A stretch of DNA of 64,000 bases from Phormidesmis sp. (GCA_965248535.1 CBDFJR010000002.1:352001-416000), one strand, 5' to 3'; positions 22,885 through 32,315 are shown, counted from the first letter of the stretch. The notes: generated by a model from the letters alone, not told the origin. Numbers and translations are program-made.

Positions 22885-23256
22885 CTATAGTTGAATGGTT
22901 GTTTTGTTGTGCAACTCCTCTACTTGAATCAGTGCACCACTACCCAGAACAATGTTGAATTTCACTAAAGAACGTTCAACCTGATAACCGGGCAACACTC
23001 GAACAACTTGATACTCTGTGGTCAAATCACTCGTGCCATCCCACTTCAGAAATGCCAGTTGATTGGATGCGATTTCACTCAGTTCTGAGACAAACTCTTC
23101 AATGCTGTCGCTAACATTCACGAGAATGCCAGACGGCACAAAGAGATAACGCTCTTGTAAATCCAAAGTCACACTCACCCGATATCGCTTTTCGATTGAG
23201 AATCGCAACTCAACCGTAAACGAAATCGAGCTAGGCACGATCGTCCTAACTGCCAT
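22885..23256 (-). CDS. Hypothetical protein
   Basis: 123-aa ORF with AGAGGA RBS; the RBS lies in a 14-bp stem. Confidence 0.6.
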   Translation of the reverse strand: MAVRTIVPSSISFTVELRFSIEKRYRVSVTLDLQERYLFVPSGILVNVSDSIEEFVSELSEIASNQLAFLKWDGTSDLTTEYQVVRVLPGYQVERSLVKFNIVLGSGALIQVEELHNKTTIQL

Positions 23257-23273
23257 AGTTTTTGTCCTCTTAG

Positions 23274-23393
23274 TTAAGTTAAAGAGGACAAAAACGCGGA
23301 TCTCTCAGACATTGGGTTGGGGTGAAATCTGTATGCAGGATCTTGATTCCAGCCTTTCAAGATCCCATAGCAAAGCCGACGGTGTACAATCAT
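23274..23393 (-). CDS. Putative 39-aa leader peptide
   Basis: AGGAGG 5 nt before ATG; MIVHRRLCYGILKGWNQDPAYRFHPNPMSERSAFLSSLT; its stop lies in the loop of the RBS-occluding hairpin. Confidence 0.45.
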   Translation of the reverse strand: MIVHRRLCYGILKGWNQDPAYRFHPNPMSERSAFLSSLT

Positions 23394-23687
23394 GAACGCC
23401 TCCTGAGTTATGAACGCTAACTAGGGATGGAAGTCCTCGGAGTTCTGATGCGCCACATCAGACTTCGGGGCACAACTCCATCACTGCGGTGTATTGTACA
23501 AGAGTTTTTTGTTTTTTGGAATGCTGAGTTTTTTGGAGAGGGAAGCGATCGGTTTTTGGGGAAGAGAGGGGGGCGATCGTGAATTCTCCCTAATTTATGT
23601 TCCAGTCGTTTACTTTCGGCTCCCTCAAAATCGAAAACTCTGAGCGCCATTCCGTATAATTACCCGAAATCGGAGAGTTATCCTGTG

Positions 23688-23733
23688 GGAATTCAGGATA
23701 ATTCCTGAAGAAACAGGAGTTATCCTGAATTCC
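23688..23733. repeat. 20-bp inverted repeat (19/20) with extra TTATCCTG copies nearby
   Basis: ggaattcaggataattcctg-N6-caggagttatcctgaattcc. Confidence 0.75.
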
Positions 23734-23843
23734 ATACGGCATAGTTTCTTTGAAGGAGTATTTATCCTGTTTGATAGGAGTTCAAACGGCAGAAATAATA
23801 GTTAGACCTCAAATTCAGTTATTTCCCACGAAGCATAATCACC

Positions 23844-24275
23844 ATGAAAAAGCTTGTTGCCTGTATTGCCTGCCTCACGGTTGCCTTACACTTAAATCTC
23901 GCTATTGCGAATGCTCAGCGAAGTAGTCGTTCGCTTTGGAATGCCTTTGTAGAGGGAGTTTTTAGTGAGTTTGGAGCACAAGCTACACGGGGAATTCTCG
24001 ATGTACTATTTGGTTCAAGTGGTAATGCACAAGTTGCCCAGAGGTCACAAAGACCAATTATCTGTATTGTTAATGATCCAACTGATACACCTCTCAACGT
24101 TAGAGAAACACCTAATGATCCTGTGATTCTGGCAAGTTTGCCTAGTGGACCGAGAGTAATTCCTTACAAGATTGGATACGATGAGAGAAATCGTTATTGG
24201 GTTCTTGTGGGAGACTCTAAACAACCTTGGGGTTGGGTTTTTGGAAGTTATGTATCGTGCGGATTGGATTCTTGA
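23844..24275 (+). CDS. Secreted protein with bacterial SH3-like domain
   Basis: Signal peptide; C.VNDPT.TPLNVR.TPN...W...GWVF..YV.C. Confidence 0.75.
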   Translation: MKKLVACIACLTVALHLNLAIANAQRSSRSLWNAFVEGVFSEFGAQATRGILDVLFGSSGNAQVAQRSQRPIICIVNDPTDTPLNVRETPNDPVILASLPSGPRVIPYKIGYDERNRYWVLVGDSKQPWGWVFGSYVSCGLDS

Positions 24276-24340
24276 TTCAGGCTTGGTCAGGCTTGAGACT
24301 TGTAAAATAAATTAAAATATTGACAGCTCTGAATTGAAGG

Positions 24341-24851
24341 TCACTCGCCTGCAATTTGCAAAATGGTTGTATACAGTTCATTACCAACGCGAAAATCAGC
24401 TTGTTCAACCAATTGATCTACCAGTGGTTTAACAGCTTCAATTAAGTTGTTTTGTTTCGCTTGAACAAGTACACCCAATAAACCAGTGACCTGCAAACCA
24501 TAGCTTGTTGCCACAATACGCCCTCGGCGTTCATCCATTAAAAGTAAATCAGCTTTGAGTTCTAATGCTAGGGCGATCGCTTCAGCTTCACCCAAGTCAA
24601 TGTTTTCTTCACTTTCCTGAATTGTGCTTACTCGTTGTTGATCCACAACTGCCTGAGTTTGAATCCAGGGTAAGGTTTGCACCTCCATAGCACCAGGAAC
24701 AGGTTTACCGACATTGACCATCTCGTCGTAGACGGCTACTGGAATAATGATGCGGATATACAGTCTTTGTAGCAAATCTAGCTGTCCAATAGCTAAAAAA
24801 ACACAAAAGCTGCTAGATTCGTAATCGGTGATGTATCACTAACAACAATTA
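24341..24851 (-). pseudogene. PIN-domain toxin (DUF3368-type), disrupted
   Basis: IVVSDTSPITNLAA/IGQLDLLQ...LGEAEAIALA...MDERRGR...TGLLGVL; start codon reads GTA, and a 17-nt insertion with a stop lies at ~24794-24810. Confidence 0.8.
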
Positions 24852-25094
24852 CAATAGCCTCATCGACTGCAAAGTCTTAACATCTGCCTGAAAATCCTCG
24901 ACATCATAGTTGATGTAAAGCCCTCGCTTAGCAAGTTCGTGCTGAAACTCAATTACCGTCAGTCCAGTCCAAGCACGAGCCTTGCCACTACTGATTTTTT
25001 CTTGCTTGTAGAGCATAATAGCGATTTCTAGTTTTAGTTCATCCTCCGTCATTCTTGTTGCGCGGAGAATGTCGTCAGGGATTAAGACAGTCAT
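24849..25094 (-). CDS. UPF0175 family antitoxin
   Basis: ELKLEIAIMLY...ISSGKA...L....FQHELAKR....YD.EDF..D. Confidence 0.85.
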   Translation of the reverse strand: MTVLIPDDILRATRMTEDELKLEIAIMLYKQEKISSGKARAWTGLTVIEFQHELAKRGLYINYDVEDFQADVKTLQSMRLL

Positions 25095-25164
25095 AAGAAT
25101 TATGCTTGGAATCGCTTACTCTACAATTTTAAGGTATGGGGAGCAGAAGCGTGGGATAGTCGCA

Positions 25165-25251
25165 GTCTAACAACCCGGTTGGAGCGGACTGACGCGAGAT
25201 CTTAGTGGGGGAACAAAGATTCATTGCAGCCGCTTAACCGGAACGTTCTAC
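25165..25251 (+). other. Integron attC-like recombination site
   Basis: R'' GTCTAAC; inner arms ccggttGgagcgg / ccgcttaaccgg with an extrahelical base; R' GTTCTAC; 87 bp. Confidence 0.7.
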
Positions 25252-25287
25252 TGCTTGAGATTTCTGTAAGGACAATTCGCCTCCGCT

Positions 25288-25707
25288 ATGGCATCTAATG
25301 AAGAGAAGCAGCGTCGGATGGAAATTCGGCGAGATATTGGAAATCGAAAGGTTGGAGTTTCTCAATCTCTACCTTATTTTTCCTATCGGTATTTGGGCGC
25401 TCATGCCTGTTTCAATTGTCAAAAAAGTTTCAAGTTGAGTTACGAAAAAGAGCATATTTGCTCAGATTGTGGCGATAAGATTTATCTGATGGGACGCTCG
25501 TTTAAAGCTCCAAAGCGGGGTGATCGTCAGCAGTGGAAGAAAGTCCAAAAACTGTATGCGTTAGGATTCCGATTTCATAGCTACGGTGGGGATTACCCAC
25601 CACTGCCAGAGCGTTTACGAGAGGTAGATCGATTTGTCGAGCAGCATCCTGAGCATGAACTCCGAGTTGCAGAACCAAATCGATCGCTACTACCAGATGA
25701 GCAGTAA
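25288..25707 (+). CDS. Hypothetical zinc-ribbon protein (cassette-like gene)
   Basis: ACFNCQKSFK...CSDCG...MGRSFKAPKR.D..QWKKV..L...GFRF; starts 36 nt after the attC. Confidence 0.75.
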   Translation: MASNEEKQRRMEIRRDIGNRKVGVSQSLPYFSYRYLGAHACFNCQKSFKLSYEKEHICSDCGDKIYLMGRSFKAPKRGDRQQWKKVQKLYALGFRFHSYGGDYPPLPERLREVDRFVEQHPEHELRVAEPNRSLLPDEQ

Positions 25708-25781
25708 CTCTGCCAAGACTGGCAAATATTGGCTGCTAGAATAGAGGGGCTTCTTCTTACTGAATCATCGCGAATTGGCTT

Positions 25782-26012
25782 ATGTCCTCCCCTGCTATCA
25801 CAACAATTGTAAAGATGGTTGAATCTTTGCCGGATGACTTGCAAGAAAAAGTTGCAGAGCATATTCGAGAGTACATTGCTGATTTGGAAGATGAGCAGCA
25901 ATGGGACAGTTCATTTAAGCGAACACAAGAAAATTTAGTTGCGGCGGCTCGGAAAGCAAAACAAGAGATTGCAGCGGGTGAATCAGTACCGATGGATTAT
26001 GAGCAGCTATGA
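25782..26012 (+). CDS. Putative antitoxin
   Basis: MVESLPDDLQEKVAEHIREYIADLEDE.QWD.SF...LVAAARKAK.EI; overlaps the next gene via ATGA. Confidence 0.7.
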   Translation: MSSPAITTIVKMVESLPDDLQEKVAEHIREYIADLEDEQQWDSSFKRTQENLVAAARKAKQEIAAGESVPMDYEQL

Positions 26013-26131
26013 GGTCAGCAACGCTGCCGTCCTTCTGGGAGAATTATCGAGAACTGAGTGGTGGAGTGAGAGCAGGAGCAAGAAAAGCATATCGATTGTG
26101 GGCAGAGAACCCATTTCATCCGTCGCTGCAC
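26009..26131 (+). pseudogene. Truncated RelE/HigB-like toxin
   Basis: MRSATLPSFWENY..L...VR..ARKAYRLWAENPFHPSLH; similarity then stops abruptly. Confidence 0.65.
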
Positions 26132-26239
26132 GCAATTAAGCGCCGACAAGTTAGCTCCCCCATCCGGGTTCATCTCCCTGTCGAGCTTTACGGCTCCTCC
26201 CTGCTCTCTGACGTTCAGCCCTTCACCCTATCTCACCCA

Positions 26240-26482
26240 TTACGATGAGCGTTTGGCTACTGTTAGAAACTCAACTAAACTAGCTAGAGCAGCAGCTAAC
26301 TCCGCAGTTTCTATAGGCTGGGTCAGACAAACCTGGAAGCCAGAGCGAAGAGCTTGTCTACAATCGATAGAACTTGTAGAAGCGATGAGGGCGATCGTCG
26401 CAATTCGATTGCCTTGGGCTGACTCAAGCTTATGAATTTGACGAATTAGCGTGTATGCCTGGCTGTCTGATATCTCGGTCAA
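26240..26482 (-). pseudogene. Degenerate response-regulator receiver fragment
   Basis: AYTLIRQI...IALIA...ALRSGFQ..L.QPI...EL; lacks the N-terminal phosphoacceptor part. Confidence 0.55.
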
Positions 26483-26716
26483 CTCTGGGAAATCGTCCAG
26501 GATTCCTGTAGAAGACCTTCTTGGTGCTAACTAACCTCAACATCATACACAGTGCGCATCTGCCTGATGCAAGGCTTTCCACCCCGCTTGCCTGGCTCAA
26601 TAGTGGTGATGTCTCCAGCGCAAGCTAATCTGGTTGCATTCTCGATCGCTTGATTGATCAACATCAGTCAATCACCGAAATTTTTGCTGCTGTTAGGGTT
26701 TAGATACTTTTTCCCT

Positions 26717-27430
26717 TCAGCGCAGCAACCGCTCTCGTTTAACCCAATAGTGCAAAAACACCTCCTCACCCACAGGTCGAACGTCTAACAATTTTAGGCG
26801 AGGAGCAACTTCTGCCAAAAAACCCACGCCTTCCACTGGAGTCGGAGCGGCTGCGCCCCCCAAAATCAATGGGCAGACCGTCAGCCAGAGTTCATCAATG
26901 AGGTCTGCGGCAAACAGCGATGCGACTAGTTCACCGCCGCCCAAAATCGCCAACCGACCCAAACCCAGAGCAGAGAGTTGTTTTAAGGCTTCTGGCCAGT
27001 CGATTTTTGACGAACCTGCTTTTGACTCAGCGACTAGAATTCGTTCAAACTCAGCCCGATCGTGCCATCTCTCTGCCCCGATCGTCGTCGTCAACAACCA
27101 CCGCGGCACTGGCTGCATAAAAAACCGGGCGTGGCAATCTAGCACGGCTGAACCCGAACAGACGATTTGCACGGGCTGAAGAGGCTTTCCTTGCTGTTGC
27201 CGTTGGTTTAGCAAATCAGAATGGGCAACCTTGAGGGTAGTGCCATAGACCTTTAAGGTTCCCGCTCCAAACAAGACGGCATCTGATTGAGCGACTTGCG
27301 TTTCGAGATGGAGTTTGTCGATCGCACTGCCAAACCGAGCCGGGGCACGAGTTGCATCCGCAATTTTGCCGTCTGCACTCATGGCTAAAATAACCGTTGT
27401 GTGAGGAAACTGATGGTCAGGGTCGGGCAT
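26717..27430 (-). CDS. RibD C-terminal-like reductase family protein
   Basis: LAMSADGKI, DAVLFGAGTL, LGGGELVASL...LIDELWLTVCPLILGG..APTP. Confidence 0.88.
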   Translation of the reverse strand: MPDPDHQFPHTTVILAMSADGKIADATRAPARFGSAIDKLHLETQVAQSDAVLFGAGTLKVYGTTLKVAHSDLLNQRQQQGKPLQPVQIVCSGSAVLDCHARFFMQPVPRWLLTTTIGAERWHDRAEFERILVAESKAGSSKIDWPEALKQLSALGLGRLAILGGGELVASLFAADLIDELWLTVCPLILGGAAAPTPVEGVGFLAEVAPRLKLLDVRPVGEEVFLHYWVKRERLLR

Positions 27431-27591
27431 AGGCAGCGATCGTCACCTGCGCTAGGTGAGTCTTATGGCACGATTCAGATCCCATCTCTTTTAGAAATAG
27501 GATGAACTTCATGAGTCAAATCGCTAAAATATTCAATTATAGATTGACTTTTCAGGTTGAATTTTCTAAGTTCAGATACTCTCTATCAAAG

Positions 27592-29014
27592 CGCCGGAGA
27601 ACTGCAACCATAACGGTACTCCGTTTGGTCGTATGGGGGTAGGCGGCTTGCCGGAGGTACGGAGTCAAGCAATCTCTTAAGTATCTACACAGATGATATC
27701 TCAGTGTAGATATGCTAATATCGCAGCATGATTACTTTCACCTACGAGTACAAGCTGATTCCCACACCCGAACAAGCAGACCTCATTGACCATGTGTTAG
27801 AGGTTTGCCGCAAGGTGTGGAATTTTGCGTTGAAAGAAAGCAAAGATTGGAGCGCTTCCCGCAAGTGCCCCATCAACGCTTGCTCACTCGTGGCTGAATA
27901 CATCATGGCTCCTGATGCGCCCTACCCTAACTACCACAAACAAGCTAAATCACTGACGACAGCAAAGACGACTAACCCTGAATTGGGCAGCGTCAACGCA
28001 CAGGTGTTGCAGCAGGTTTTAAGGACACTGGATAGAGCCTTTGAGGATATGAAAACGAGAGGGTTGGGCTTCCCTAGATTCAAGAAATGGGGTAGGCAAC
28101 GCTCTTTTGTGTTCCCGCAAATGCTCAAAAACCCGATGGTGGGAGATACGGTCAAGTTGCCGCAACTGGGCGTTGTCAGACTGCGGTTATCTCGCCCCAT
28201 TCCAGATGGGTTTGAGATTAAGCAAGCCCGAATTGTGAAACGAGCATCGGGGTACTTTGTGATGCTGTCTTTGCAGGCAGATGTCACGATTCCTGATGCG
28301 CCGATTCACGGTCATCCCTTGGGTGTGGACGTGGGGTTAAAATCCTTCTTTGCCACCTCAGACGGAGAGTTAGTGTCGCGTCCTAAATTCTTCAAATCCC
28401 TGCACCGCCAGTTGGAATTACTGCAACGCAGACTGAAGAGAAAGAAACTAGGCTCGAATAATCGACGCAAACTCAACCAGAAAATCGCCAGAGTTCATGA
28501 ACGGATTTCGGACACTCGCACGGACTTTCACTTCAAGCAGGCTCATCATCTCTGCGACCAAGCGGGCATGATTTTTGTTGAGGATTTGGACTTCCGCATC
28601 ATGGCAAAAGGAATGTTGGGCAAACAGACGCTCGATGCTGGATTTGGGCAGTTCCTGAATCAAATCTTGCCCTGGGTGTGCTGGAAGCGAAGCGTTCATT
28701 TTGGCAAGGTAAATCCCAACGGCACCAGTCAAACTTGCCCCAACTGCGAAGCGCACACGGGCAAGAAGGAGTTGAGTGAGCGAGTTCACCACTGCCAAGA
28801 ATGCGGTTACACCACGAACCGGGATGTGGCGGCCGGACAAGTGATCCGCAATCGAGGTCTTTCTGCGCTGGGGCACAGCGTGAATGAAACGGTCTGTGGA
28901 GGCGTACTGACGGGGGCAGCAATGTCTAGTCAAGTGCCTGTGAAGCAGAAACCTAAGTCGTGAGTCTTAGGTTTCTGCGTCCATACCCGCAGGGTTGGGC
29001 GTAGAGGATGTCAA
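27592..29014 (+). mobile_element. IS200/IS605-group element, tnpB only (IS1341-like); left boundary approximate
   Basis: Subterminal hairpins (ccataacggtactccgtttgg; ccatacccgcagggttgg), right end ...GAGGATGTCAA, no tnpA. Confidence 0.75.
27728..28963 (+). CDS. tnpB: RNA-guided endonuclease TnpB
   Basis: N-terminal HTH, GFPRFKK, RuvC D (GVDVG), E (VEDL), D (RDVAA), Zn finger CPNC/CQEC. Confidence 0.95.
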   Translation: MITFTYEYKLIPTPEQADLIDHVLEVCRKVWNFALKESKDWSASRKCPINACSLVAEYIMAPDAPYPNYHKQAKSLTTAKTTNPELGSVNAQVLQQVLRTLDRAFEDMKTRGLGFPRFKKWGRQRSFVFPQMLKNPMVGDTVKLPQLGVVRLRLSRPIPDGFEIKQARIVKRASGYFVMLSLQADVTIPDAPIHGHPLGVDVGLKSFFATSDGELVSRPKFFKSLHRQLELLQRRLKRKKLGSNNRRKLNQKIARVHERISDTRTDFHFKQAHHLCDQAGMIFVEDLDFRIMAKGMLGKQTLDAGFGQFLNQILPWVCWKRSVHFGKVNPNGTSQTCPNCEAHTGKKELSERVHHCQECGYTTNRDVAAGQVIRNRGLSALGHSVNETVCGGVLTGAAMSSQVPVKQKPKS

Positions 29015-29219
29015 TGTTTCTCAGCTAACTATCGCTTTAAGCCGACGATTAGGGCGCTTTGAGCGCGTGTTTATCACTATTCTCAGATTTTGTTTCAACC
29101 CTATCCAAGCTTGACCTTTTGAGGGGTGGCGATCTGGCCTCTCAGCGTGGGGTGCTGACAGCGCCTCATGCAGTCTCAGGTGGTTGTGAGGGAGAGTCAG
29201 TTTCAGATTATCAGCGCTT

Positions 29220-31235
29220 ATGACTAAACTCGGACACTCCTCTTTTCGTCGCATCTTGCTGGCGCGGCTTTTGCTCCTCAGCATCCCCGTTTTGCTGACC
29301 GGAGAAATCGTCGCGTATCGCAAAGCTCGATCGGGGCTGCTCGAAACGGCCCGCCATAATTTGACGATCAGCGCGGTCAGAAAGGGGGAAAGTGTTCGAG
29401 ATGCCCTCACGTCTCTGAAGACCAGTTTGGCGATCGCCACCACCGCCTCGGCGCTTCAGTCTCAGCAGCCTGCCAACGTTAAGGAATTTTTAGCGCAGTT
29501 GCAGCAGTCTTCAGCGATCGAGGTGCAGTGTGTGCAGCTCACAGATGCTCAAACCCGGCAGATTGTAGCTAGCACTTGTGGGCAATCGGCGATCGCCCAG
29601 TCTCCAGAAAACCCCTGGCCAAAGCAGCAGAGGGGCGGGCTAATCAAACCCGCATCGGTGCAAATGTCTCTCGGCCAACCGTCGCGTTCATCAACCCCTA
29701 CTGATGATCAGCTTCGCCTTGTGTTGAGTGCTCCGGTCTATGGGGCCCAAACTTCTAAGAGTCTGGTTAGCCCACTTCGCTATGTTTTAAGCCTCCAGTC
29801 TGCGCTGCATCAAACCGATCGTGACTCCCCAAGCGTGACGGTGGGCTACACGGTGATTATTAGCGAAGACGGCACTATTTTTGCACACCCTGACCCCGAT
29901 CGGGTCGGGCAGTCGATCGCCCAAGATCGCAACGCCGATCGCTGGCAAACACTGCTCAAAGACGCGATTGCTGGCAAACAAGAGTCACTCTATCTCTTCC
30001 CGCTTGAAGAAAACGGGGCAGATTGGCTAGCGGGCTACAGTTCTGTGCAGATTTCCAGCGAGGGAACTGCCCGAACTTGGGTCATTTTAGCCGCAACGCC
30101 TCTCACAACAGCGCTTTCTAGCCTGAATGGGATTCAACAAGTCCTGTTAATTTTGATGGTTGGGCTGTTGATGGCAATCTTGCTAGCAACGCTTTATATT
30201 GCTAGAGATTTAGCTCGCCCGATCGAGCAACTCAGCGACTATGCTTTGCAAATTCGAGACCGTTGTTCCTCCGATCGGGCACCCAAAAACTTCAAAGTTA
30301 AAGAACTCAATCACCTAGCCGAAGCCCTTGATAGCATGGTCGAGCGGCTCGAAGAACGAGCAGAAGAACTCCAAACCGCCTGGCAAGAAGCCCAGATTGC
30401 TAACCAGCTAAAAAGCGAGTTTTTGGCTACCACCTCCCATGAATTGCGGACTCCTCTCAATGCCATTATTGGCTGCGTTCGTCTGGTGAGAGATGGCTGC
30501 TGCGACGATCGAGCCGAAGAATTAGAATTCTTGCAACAAGCCGATGACGCTGCCCTTCATCTGCTGAAGATCATCAACGATCTGTTAGACATTGCCAAAA
30601 TCGAGGCAGGCAAAGTCGAACTCAACTTGCAGCCTGTGCCCATGCAGGATCTCTGCCGCCAGTGTCTCAAAATGGTTGAGCCAGGGGCAGAAATGAAGCG
30701 ATTGAGACTCATTTTAGAGCTAGACGATCGCGTCGATCTCGCCCTCATTGATGAACGCCGCGTGAGACAAATGGTGATTAATCTGCTCTCTAATGCAGTC
30801 AAATTTACGCCCGAAGGGGGGCAGGTGACGCTGAAAGCTAGGCTGGCCCAAGGGCATCAACTAGAGCAAGATACTCGCCCTGACCACAGCCCGGTTAACC
30901 CCAACACGCCTTATCTGTGTTTAGAAGTCCAAGATTCAGGCATCGGCATTCCTAAAGATCGCTGGCACCTATTGTTTCGTCCGTTTCAGCAAATTGACTC
31001 GTCGCTGACTCGCAAACACGAAGGCACCGGGTTAGGGTTGGCGCTAACCAAACGCCTCGCCGAACTGCATGGCGGAACGCTGTCGTTTGACTCAGTTCCA
31101 AGCCACGGCAGCCTGTTTCGGATCTGGCTACCCCTGCTCGAACCCATGCCTACAAATGTGGCTAGAGTCACGATCGACTCGGCAGACTTCATCGTCCCAC
31201 CCCCTCAACTGAGTGAGACAACCTCTCTTAACTGA
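29220..31235 (+). CDS. Membrane sensor histidine kinase (Cache-like, HAMP, HisKA, HATPase)
   Basis: SHELRTPLNAI, NLLSNAVKFT, DSGIGI, GTGLGL. Confidence 0.93.
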   Translation: MTKLGHSSFRRILLARLLLLSIPVLLTGEIVAYRKARSGLLETARHNLTISAVRKGESVRDALTSLKTSLAIATTASALQSQQPANVKEFLAQLQQSSAIEVQCVQLTDAQTRQIVASTCGQSAIAQSPENPWPKQQRGGLIKPASVQMSLGQPSRSSTPTDDQLRLVLSAPVYGAQTSKSLVSPLRYVLSLQSALHQTDRDSPSVTVGYTVIISEDGTIFAHPDPDRVGQSIAQDRNADRWQTLLKDAIAGKQESLYLFPLEENGADWLAGYSSVQISSEGTARTWVILAATPLTTALSSLNGIQQVLLILMVGLLMAILLATLYIARDLARPIEQLSDYALQIRDRCSSDRAPKNFKVKELNHLAEALDSMVERLEERAEELQTAWQEAQIANQLKSEFLATTSHELRTPLNAIIGCVRLVRDGCCDDRAEELEFLQQADDAALHLLKIINDLLDIAKIEAGKVELNLQPVPMQDLCRQCLKMVEPGAEMKRLRLILELDDRVDLALIDERRVRQMVINLLSNAVKFTPEGGQVTLKARLAQGHQLEQDTRPDHSPVNPNTPYLCLEVQDSGIGIPKDRWHLLFRPFQQIDSSLTRKHEGTGLGLALTKRLAELHGGTLSFDSVPSHGSLFRIWLPLLEPMPTNVARVTIDSADFIVPPPQLSETTSLN

Positions 31236-31295
31236 CTTCCTGCATCCTTCCCAACCCACTAAAGAATCGTGGCCAGTTCACGATCTTAAGTAAAG

Positions 31296-32315
31296 TTAAT
31301 GAGTCAGGGGCTTGAGAGACACGACTTGCCCCCCTTGTTGCAGTGACTGAGACAGCGCCACGAGAATTTGAACTAGCGCCGCGCCGCGCCAACCCGCAGA
31401 GATCTCTGAAGGCTGATTTTGCAGAACACAGGCCAGAAAGTGAGCACAGACTTGCTGAAGTGGCTCACCCGGCGGCAAGGTTAAACACTCTTGGCTTTGA
31501 TTCACCGGGGTAAACTGCTGCCCCTGCTGCTGTAGCTGCCCCCGCCGAATTGAGAGCAACTCTGGCGACAGTTCATCAAAAGTCAGCGTTCCCTGACTGC
31601 CCACTACACTAAGACGGCGCTGTTTGTCAGGGTTGAGCCAGCATAGATGAATCGTTGCCTCAAATCCGCTGGGATAGGTGAGAGTGACCCAAACCACATC
31701 CGATAGGTCTGCCTGAAGCCATGCCGTCCCTTTGGCTTGCACCTGACAGGGCATCTCTTCTAGCCACTCATTAAAAATAGCAATATCGTGAATCGCTAGA
31801 TCCCATAGGGCATCGACATCCGATCGAACTGGGCCGAGATGGGTGCGAGCGGCATAGCCATAGCGCAAATCGCCTAGTGCCTTAGCTTGCATCACCGCTC
31901 TTCCGCGCAGCACGGCAGGATGAAACAGATAGGTATGATCGATCACGAGTTGACGGTGCTGCCGATCGGCAAGCTGACAAAGTTGAACCGACTCTGCCAC
32001 ACTTAAGGTCAATGGTTTTTCGGCTAAGACGTGCAGGTTTTGCTCTAGAGCAGCCGTGATCAGAGAGAAATGAGTGTTGGCAGGAGTGGCGATCGCCACC
32101 GCTTCAACCCCAGGGATTTTCAGGGCACTTTCAAAATCGTTGGTTAACACCCCGCGATCGTGAAGGTCAAACTGCTTGGCGGCTCTGGTCAGATTATCTG
32201 GGTTGGGGTCAACCACAGCCACCACACGAGCGAGAGGGTTCTCTAAAAAGTTTCGCAACAAATGGGTTCCCCAGCGCCCCACTCCAACGATCGCCATTCC
32301 AACTTGACCAGACAT
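31296..32315 (-). CDS. Gfo/Idh/MocA family oxidoreductase
   Basis: GVGRWG, IATPA..H, EKPL, DLAIHDI. Confidence 0.9.
   Translation of the reverse strand: MSGQVGMAIVGVGRWGTHLLRNFLENPLARVVAVVDPNPDNLTRAAKQFDLHDRGVLTNDFESALKIPGVEAVAIATPANTHFSLITAALEQNLHVLAEKPLTLSVAESVQLCQLADRQHRQLVIDHTYLFHPAVLRGRAVMQAKALGDLRYGYAARTHLGPVRSDVDALWDLAIHDIAIFNEWLEEMPCQVQAKGTAWLQADLSDVVWVTLTYPSGFEATIHLCWLNPDKQRRLSVVGSQGTLTFDELSPELLSIRRGQLQQQGQQFTPVNQSQECLTLPPGEPLQQVCAHFLACVLQNQPSEISAGWRGAALVQILVALSQSLQQGGQVVSLKPLTH

Noticed and set aside
29015..29034. Idea that the TnpB guides target a host gene (TldR-like domestication)
   Set aside because: Both RuvC triads are intact, and I saw no convincing guide match elsewhere in the window.
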